Assembly (NCBI GenBank): GCA_965263035.1 | Contig: OZ253580.1 | Location: 5,760,001-5,824,000, forward strand | DNA length: 64,000 bases | Source: Acidobacteriota bacterium | GTDB taxonomy: Bacteria > Acidobacteriota > UBA6911 > RPQK01 > JAJDTT01 | Reading direction: 5' to 3' | Shown: positions 58,572 to 64,000 of the stretch, one piece after another | How the letters are laid out: every line of letters begins with the position of its first letter | Numbering within the stretch: the stretch's first letter is position 1 | Notes under the pieces: model-generated | Database searches by the model: none | What the model saw: the letters and a program-made list of their open reading frames with translations, nothing else | What the model was told of the DNA's origin: nothing | Translations under genes and position numbers: made by a program

Positions 58572-59141
58572 CTACAACGACTCTCCCAGCTTGTTCTTTC
58601 GAGCCCGGTCACGCAATGAGCCCTCCCGATAGTACTCGCCGGGAGGCGTTCCGATGAACACCCACCAGCAGTCCTCCTGGGTATGGTTGTAGACGGAACG
58701 GGGCACATCGGCGGGAAATCGGAAGGCATCGAAAGCCTTGGCCTCGACCACGGTTTCGCCGATTCGAATCTGGCTCCGGCCCTGCATCAGGATGTAGGTC
58801 TCTTCCGCCTGCTCGTGGGTGTGGTGTCCGACCGATTGGCCCGGCTTCAGGTGACCGATGGAGAAGGCGACGTGTTCGCATTCCAGGTGGGGATCATAAG
58901 CCCGCAGATCCCCGTTTTCGGCTTTGGGCCATGGGTGGTCCTGATCTTTGATGGGACTTCCTGGAGTGCCCGCCGGCGGAAGCCAGTCCCATCGAACCCG
59001 CCGGGACCGCTTCTCGTGGCCCTCGACGGCGGTCTTCGCCGGAGCCCCCAGCGCCACGTTCTTCAGAACCAGGGCCAGCGCTGACATTCCTGCGACCGAG
59101 GTCGTCAAAAACCGCCGCCTCTCGTTTTCAGATCTCCTCAT
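58572..59141 (-). CDS. Cupin domain protein, Tat-exported
   Basis: RRRFL Tat motif; HHTHEQAEETYILMQG cupin motif; GGAGG RBS. Confidence 0.8.
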   Translation of the reverse strand: MRRSENERRRFLTTSVAGMSALALVLKNVALGAPAKTAVEGHEKRSRRVRWDWLPPAGTPGSPIKDQDHPWPKAENGDLRAYDPHLECEHVAFSIGHLKPGQSVGHHTHEQAEETYILMQGRSQIRIGETVVEAKAFDAFRFPADVPRSVYNHTQEDCWWVFIGTPPGEYYREGSLRDRARKNKLGESL

Positions 59142-59191
59142 GGGTCCTCCTATACTCTGTCTTCGCTCTTCTCTCCTGATTACTCGTGTTC

Positions 59192-60703
59192 TCAGAAGTT
59201 CCAGATGGGAATCGGTTCCCCCGCCGAGATAACTTCTTCCAGGTAGGCTCCCGTCTGAGACGTCGGGTCCTGCATATGGGTCAACTCTCCGTACTCCAGG
59301 ATGCGGAGAGCGATCACGTTGCGCCACCTGCCGTCGGCCAGGCGCAGCGTGACGGCAACGGGATGATCCACCCGCCAAGTGGTCCCACCGGGGGGCGGAC
59401 CGAATTCCTTCCGCAGGTCCCGGGCCACCAAGGGCGGCAGCAAGCCCGTCCGATCCTGGTTCAAGGGCCAAAGGCAGAGCGTATTTCGGGTGCGTCCCCC
59501 CCAGAGAGGGCTCCCTCGCGAATCCTTGACCAGTTTGATGCGGTCCAGACCCTCCATGAAGACTTCATAGAGGTTGGCCGCCACAAAGGGCGTGCCGTCA
59601 GCCGCGGAATTCAGGACGATGGGAGCTGCCGAGATCAAACCCCGGACATGGATGATTTTCGCCCAGGTCTCACCGTTGTCGCGGGACCGCCAGATGCGGA
59701 TGTCATGGGGGGCCGTCCGCGTCTCGGAGGCTTCGAAAACCTCGGGACTCCCGCTTCCCCGGGCACAGAAGAGGATGGACCCGTCCTGGTCGCGAACGGC
59801 ACTGGCCTCGGAGGTGCCGTCCTCGCCGGTGACGGGAACGTAGGAGATGGGGCGCCATGCACCCTCCGCACGCCTCCACCGCGCCAACCCCGAGCCCCCG
59901 GTCTCGCCGTCCCCGTAGCCTTTCATGGCAAAGAGTAGATCGTCGCCGTCGGGAATGGCCGTCATCAGGCTCGCGCTCAACCGCCAGCCGGGAAGCAGCA
60001 CCTCCTGCGAAACCCGCTCGGTATTGGTCACGCTGAAGGTCGTGCCGTCATACGCGAGCTGATGAATCTCCAGGTAGGAGTACATCTGACTCATGTCCTC
60101 GAACACGGAGGTTCGAGGATTCCGGCCGAACATATTCACTCCGTAGGGCGGGGGCCCTTCGATGGTAGTCCTCCAGGCGACGGACTGGTTGAGGCCGAAT
60201 CCCGTGCCGGCATGAGGATGGGGGGAACCGTCCGCCCGTTTTGCGCCAAAGGGAACGAAGCCCCCCATGACCGGGTATTTCACCATGATGGCGTCCTGAT
60301 TGGGCGGCTTGGAATTGGGATTGGGCTCGTTGTGGTTACGAGTGATGGGGACGGCGCCATCCGGTTTCAGACCTGTTATATCGTCGAACGGGATCAGATC
60401 GGAGCCGTTTTCGAAGTCGGTGCCCTTCGCTCCCGCAACCCGGAGGTTGCAGAGATACGCTCCCCTATTCGGGCCCAACTGGATGGGCAATCCCAACTGG
60501 TAGACCAAGGTCGCTCCTTCCGTAGTGCTATGGGGAAAACGCAGGTCTGGGGAATCCTGCGTCACGTCGATGATCCCGCTATCGGGAAGCGGCGTCGACG
60601 GCGTCTCTGGTGGTGGCGTCTGAGAGCCGCACGCAGCCAGACCCCAAAGGGCGACCACACCAAGCGCATTGATCCAATTTGGCGATTTCCACCAGTATCT
60701 CAT
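59192..60703 (-). CDS. Hypothetical lipoprotein with Asp-box (propeller-like)
   Basis: LAAC lipobox; SRDNGETW; GGAGG RBS. Confidence 0.7.
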   Translation of the reverse strand: MRYWWKSPNWINALGVVALWGLAACGSQTPPPETPSTPLPDSGIIDVTQDSPDLRFPHSTTEGATLVYQLGLPIQLGPNRGAYLCNLRVAGAKGTDFENGSDLIPFDDITGLKPDGAVPITRNHNEPNPNSKPPNQDAIMVKYPVMGGFVPFGAKRADGSPHPHAGTGFGLNQSVAWRTTIEGPPPYGVNMFGRNPRTSVFEDMSQMYSYLEIHQLAYDGTTFSVTNTERVSQEVLLPGWRLSASLMTAIPDGDDLLFAMKGYGDGETGGSGLARWRRAEGAWRPISYVPVTGEDGTSEASAVRDQDGSILFCARGSGSPEVFEASETRTAPHDIRIWRSRDNGETWAKIIHVRGLISAAPIVLNSAADGTPFVAANLYEVFMEGLDRIKLVKDSRGSPLWGGRTRNTLCLWPLNQDRTGLLPPLVARDLRKEFGPPPGGTTWRVDHPVAVTLRLADGRWRNVIALRILEYGELTHMQDPTSQTGAYLEEVISAGEPIPIWNF

Positions 60704-60728
60704 GATGATTCTCCTCCGCGAACACATG

Positions 60729-62417
60729 CTACGCCTTGACGAACACTTCCAACTCATCGATGAGGATTTCCCCACCGGAATCCGATATCGGTTCCGACAA
60801 CGTCACTTCTAGATGATTGTCTCCAAAGCGGGCCGGCGGTTCCGTAAGATCCAACCAAAAGGTCCTCCAATCGCCGGGCAGTTCGGGCACCGGAGAAAGA
60901 CCGGAACTGGCCGAGGAGTCGGGATCCACCTTGGCTTGAAGGTCGGTTCTCGTCTCGTCGGAACGGACCCATATGGCCGACTCGTCCACCCGGACCCCGT
61001 TGATTCGGACTTCCATCCGATCTTCCTCGCTGGCCCCGTAGGCCCGGAAGAGCAGCGTTGCGCCTCGTGTCTGGGATAGGTAGTCGCAAACCCGAAATCG
61101 AAACACTCCCGTGGTTCCCGGCTTCCTTTCGAGGAGAAGACGATCCGCTTTTAGGGCTCCGGTGGAAGCTCGATCTCTGCCAAACCCTCGGCTTCCCCCC
61201 CAGGAAGGTTCGAACACGTAATGCCGGTCACCCGACCTCATCCTCTCCGGATCTCGGACCGCGGCCAGTTCCCGCAGCAAGTGGGGATAGAACGGGGCCC
61301 AGGACATGGGGACGAAATGATTGTAGAAGCTGATCCCGTCGGCTCCGGCAGCGTACATGTTGGCAGCGGCCGCACGCTGCTGATCCAGTGAAATGGGCCG
61401 CCCCCCCCAACGCCTTCGCATGCGCTGGCTGGTCCAAGGAAGAATTCCCGGATAGAGGAGGCATTTGCCACTATCGGGCAGACGGCGAAATTCTTCGTAC
61501 CGGGTGTTGGGTTCGGTGTGCATGGTGTCGTTAGGGGCGACATAGTCGATCAGTCCCCGAGAGATCCAGGCCTCCACGTCCATTCCCAGGACGCGGCATT
61601 CGTCCAGGGTCTGGAAGACTCGTGCCCCCAGGAGCAGTTTCCTTCGCCGCAGCTTTCCCGAAGCGTCCAGAATGGCCCGCGTCCGTGCTACCAGGTCGGT
61701 CATCAGATGCCTCCGTTCGGGCCCTTTTCCTGGAGGAAAGTAGCGATGGTCTCTGAAGCAGAGCTCCAGTCCGTCAACGGGAAAACGATCCAACAGACGA
61801 CCGATGACGTCCAAGACGTATTCCCGGACTTGGGGAAACGTGAAGTCCAGGGGAGTACTGAGCTTGTAGTAGGGTCCGGGCGGCAGCTCCCGGATCTGCC
61901 ATTCGGGGTGATCGATGAGAAATCCGGCACCCGCTCCCACGCCCTGCCGGACGGAGATATGACCGTGGTTGTCGTTGATACGGATTCCCGCCAGAAACTC
62001 CATTCCGTGCTTGTGGCTCTGATCCAGCAGCACGTCCAGGGGCTGTACACCCCGTTCCAGGAGGGGAAGGAACCGGCGGTGCTGAGGCCGGGCGTCATAT
62101 TCCAGACCGTCCACCCTCCAATAGGTGGTCCAGCCCTGCGTATAGGCCTCTTGGACAAACATGTCGACCCGGGCTTCCGAGAGTCGATCCACCCAAGCCC
62201 GAATCGACTCCTCGGTGGCCGGATCGGGAAGGTAGCGACTGGCGATGCTGGAGGGGTCGCTCACATACAGGATACGCCGACTACCCCGGGGCGCGTAGTT
62301 CCCTGGAAGCGAGTTGCCACTGGATGGAACCCCTCCGGATCCCGTATAGCCCCCACCGGTCGCGATTCCGACAGCGGCGGAGGCGACAAAACTCCTTCTG
62401 TTCAATTTTCGTGTCAC
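60729..62417 (-). CDS. GHL10-like TIM-barrel protein, Tat-exported
   Basis: NRRSFV, RRILY.SD, RINDNH, LDFTFP, VDGLELCFRDH and GADGISFYN motifs; paralog of 44759..46477. Confidence 0.75.
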   Translation of the reverse strand: MTRKLNRRSFVASAAVGIATGGGYTGSGGVPSSGNSLPGNYAPRGSRRILYVSDPSSIASRYLPDPATEESIRAWVDRLSEARVDMFVQEAYTQGWTTYWRVDGLEYDARPQHRRFLPLLERGVQPLDVLLDQSHKHGMEFLAGIRINDNHGHISVRQGVGAGAGFLIDHPEWQIRELPPGPYYKLSTPLDFTFPQVREYVLDVIGRLLDRFPVDGLELCFRDHRYFPPGKGPERRHLMTDLVARTRAILDASGKLRRRKLLLGARVFQTLDECRVLGMDVEAWISRGLIDYVAPNDTMHTEPNTRYEEFRRLPDSGKCLLYPGILPWTSQRMRRRWGGRPISLDQQRAAAANMYAAGADGISFYNHFVPMSWAPFYPHLLRELAAVRDPERMRSGDRHYVFEPSWGGSRGFGRDRASTGALKADRLLLERKPGTTGVFRFRVCDYLSQTRGATLLFRAYGASEEDRMEVRINGVRVDESAIWVRSDETRTDLQAKVDPDSSASSGLSPVPELPGDWRTFWLDLTEPPARFGDNHLEVTLSEPISDSGGEILIDELEVFVKA

Positions 62418-62499
62418 TAGCCTCTCCTGGTTCCCGTCCGACCCATTTCTCAAGCTCGTCTCAAGACTTGTCCTCCTCGCAGGCGGCCGAATACGGATG

Positions 62500-64000
62500 T
62501 CAGCGAAATGTAAAGCTGTAGAGCGCGGCTGCACCCTCCAAACGGAAGCGGAGCCGGACGGAATCGCGGGGAAGGGAGATGCAGCGGCGGCCGTCACCCC
62601 AATGGACGGGAATTTCGATGCCGTCGTGGCTGAGGGAAGCGCTCGTCGCCATCACCTGGTTTTCCTGCAACCAGTCGACCCAGATGCGTCCCTCGCCCCC
62701 GGAGAGGCCGCTTGCGTTGACCTCCAGTTCCAGCTCCCGTCCGGCGCCCGAAAGGGGGACGGTCACGAGGGATCCGTCCCGTCGGCCGTCTGCGACTCGC
62801 AGGCTCACGAATCCGTCCCGCCGAATCGTCGCCAGACCCGTCTGCATGGGACGGGTCATCCAGTCATCCAGGTGCGGTCCAATGGTGTTGGGCCCCCCCG
62901 AGTAGTAGACCCAGATCTCGTCCCCGACCCTGACCGGAACGTTCACGGGAGAGATCCATCCCGCATCCCAGTCTCCCGGCTTCCCCAGTTCGATGACGGG
63001 ACGCCCGTCGAAGACGTGGGTGAAGTTGACTCCGTCGCGGCTGCTCACCAGGTATTGGGGCTGGGTCTGATTCTTCGTCCATCCGTCCACGAGACCCAGG
63101 TACATGTCCGATTCGATCCAGACCGAGATCATGTGGTACTCGACTGCCTGACTCGCTCTGGGATGGGCCACCGGGTTCCGCGGATCGGATGTCCAGTGGA
63201 TGAGATCGCGGCTCCAGTCCCGGCAGATCTTCCTCAATCCGACGGGCGCTCTGGAACCGCAGTGGCTGTACACTTTCCACCGCTTTTCCGGATCGGGCTC
63301 CAGATTGTCGTAGAACAGGCTGCGCTGGTCGGACCACCCTTTCTGCACCACCCGGGTGAGGGCGGTCCAACGAATTCCGTCGGGCGAAACCAAAAGCAGG
63401 TTGCGTCCCCGCTGTTCCACAATCATCTTGTATCGCCGGGCCGGATCGGTTTCGCGATCGTCCCGGACCACCATGGGCATGTACGCATGTCCGCCGTGGT
63501 CCCTCTCGCCCAAGTCCACGATGTTGTTGTCCGTCGATCCCCGGAACTCGTACTGACCCAGCGAGGGCTTGATCCAGTGGATCCCATCCTGGCTCTCCGC
63601 GTAGCCCACATGATGCCCGGCGGTACCCGCGAAGAGTGCTTGCGAATCCTCGCTTGCCCAAGCCGAGTACCACATTCGAAAGAGGCTCCCATCGTAGTGA
63701 ACTTCACCATAGGCATGAGCCCGGCGCGAGTCGGGAGATCCCGGAGGCCCAGTGCGCAAAACCGGGTTGGACGGATGCTTCCTCATGGCTTGAAACGTCT
63801 CGGTCAGACCATCCGTCTCAGCGATTTCAGCCATATCCAGAAACAGGACCTTGCCCCCGGTTCCAACGGAAGATCGGGTACGAGCAGGCGATCGAAGTAC
63901 ACAGGGCCCGAGGATGTGCCGCCCGAGAACGCCATTCCCAGCCGGGAGCCTGGTCGGACCGGCCTCTGGACCGTATGAAAGGGACTCAAGGTGGGACCCG
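62500..64000 (-). CDS. Five-bladed beta-propeller glycosidase-like protein (5' end outside window)
   Basis: YAESQDGIHWIKPSLG, SPDGIRW, SRDGVNF, IRRDGFVS, LYSFTF. Confidence 0.75.
   Translation of the reverse strand, partial: GSHLESLSYGPEAGPTRLPAGNGVLGRHILGPCVLRSPARTRSSVGTGGKVLFLDMAEIAETDGLTETFQAMRKHPSNPVLRTGPPGSPDSRRAHAYGEVHYDGSLFRMWYSAWASEDSQALFAGTAGHHVGYAESQDGIHWIKPSLGQYEFRGSTDNNIVDLGERDHGGHAYMPMVVRDDRETDPARRYKMIVEQRGRNLLLVSPDGIRWTALTRVVQKGWSDQRSLFYDNLEPDPEKRWKVYSHCGSRAPVGLRKICRDWSRDLIHWTSDPRNPVAHPRASQAVEYHMISVWIESDMYLGLVDGWTKNQTQPQYLVSSRDGVNFTHVFDGRPVIELGKPGDWDAGWISPVNVPVRVGDEIWVYYSGGPNTIGPHLDDWMTRPMQTGLATIRRDGFVSLRVADGRRDGSLVTVPLSGAGRELELEVNASGLSGGEGRIWVDWLQENQVMATSASLSHDGIEIPVHWGDGRRCISLPRDSVRLRFRLEGAAALYSFTFR

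Noticed and set aside
13085-63978. Many long antisense ORFs (e.g. 13085..14824, 15509..17302, 21648..23396, 39402..41372, 44348..46426)
   Set aside because: They mirror well-supported genes codon for codon, as expected from high GC3 bias, and carry no recognisable motifs.
1-64000. CRISPR array, prophage, integrase or tRNA-anchored island with att repeats
   Set aside because: By eye I found no regularly spaced short repeats, phage or recombinase genes, or duplicate of the tRNA 3' end.

Overview
This is a GC-rich bacterial window, probably Acidobacteriota-like (inferred from an Oar/carboxypeptidase-regulatory-type TonB receptor, a TPR+CRTAC1 pair, PQQ-like propellers and many Tat-exported hydrolases). 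It holds about 46 CDS, mostly catabolic or secreted enzymes, and one tRNA-Arg(ACG) on the minus strand. Main blocks: (1) a recent tandem duplication of a beta-propeller gene; (2) an ~18 kb co-oriented uptake/catabolic locus with a serine hydrolase, TonB receptor, FGE-fold protein, three CocE/NonD hydrolases, FAD amine oxidase, Na+/solute symporter, BNR protein and beta-helix protein; (3) hydantoinase/oxoprolinase A/B; (4) two orphan antitoxins, one with a decayed higB stub; (5) a GT4-GT4-MFS operon facing a lipoprotein-like methyltransferase; (6) PhoX; (7) an orphan iolD among repeated GHL10-like and five-bladed propeller genes. The clearest non-coding signal is a set of CTAG-associated palindromic MITEs. 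A 159-bp family occurs in three near-identical copies, one of which splits a sialidase gene, and a second 160-bp element abuts one of those copies. I found no transposase, integrase, reverse transcriptase or CRISPR array. All product calls rest on motif recognition by eye; no database searches were run.
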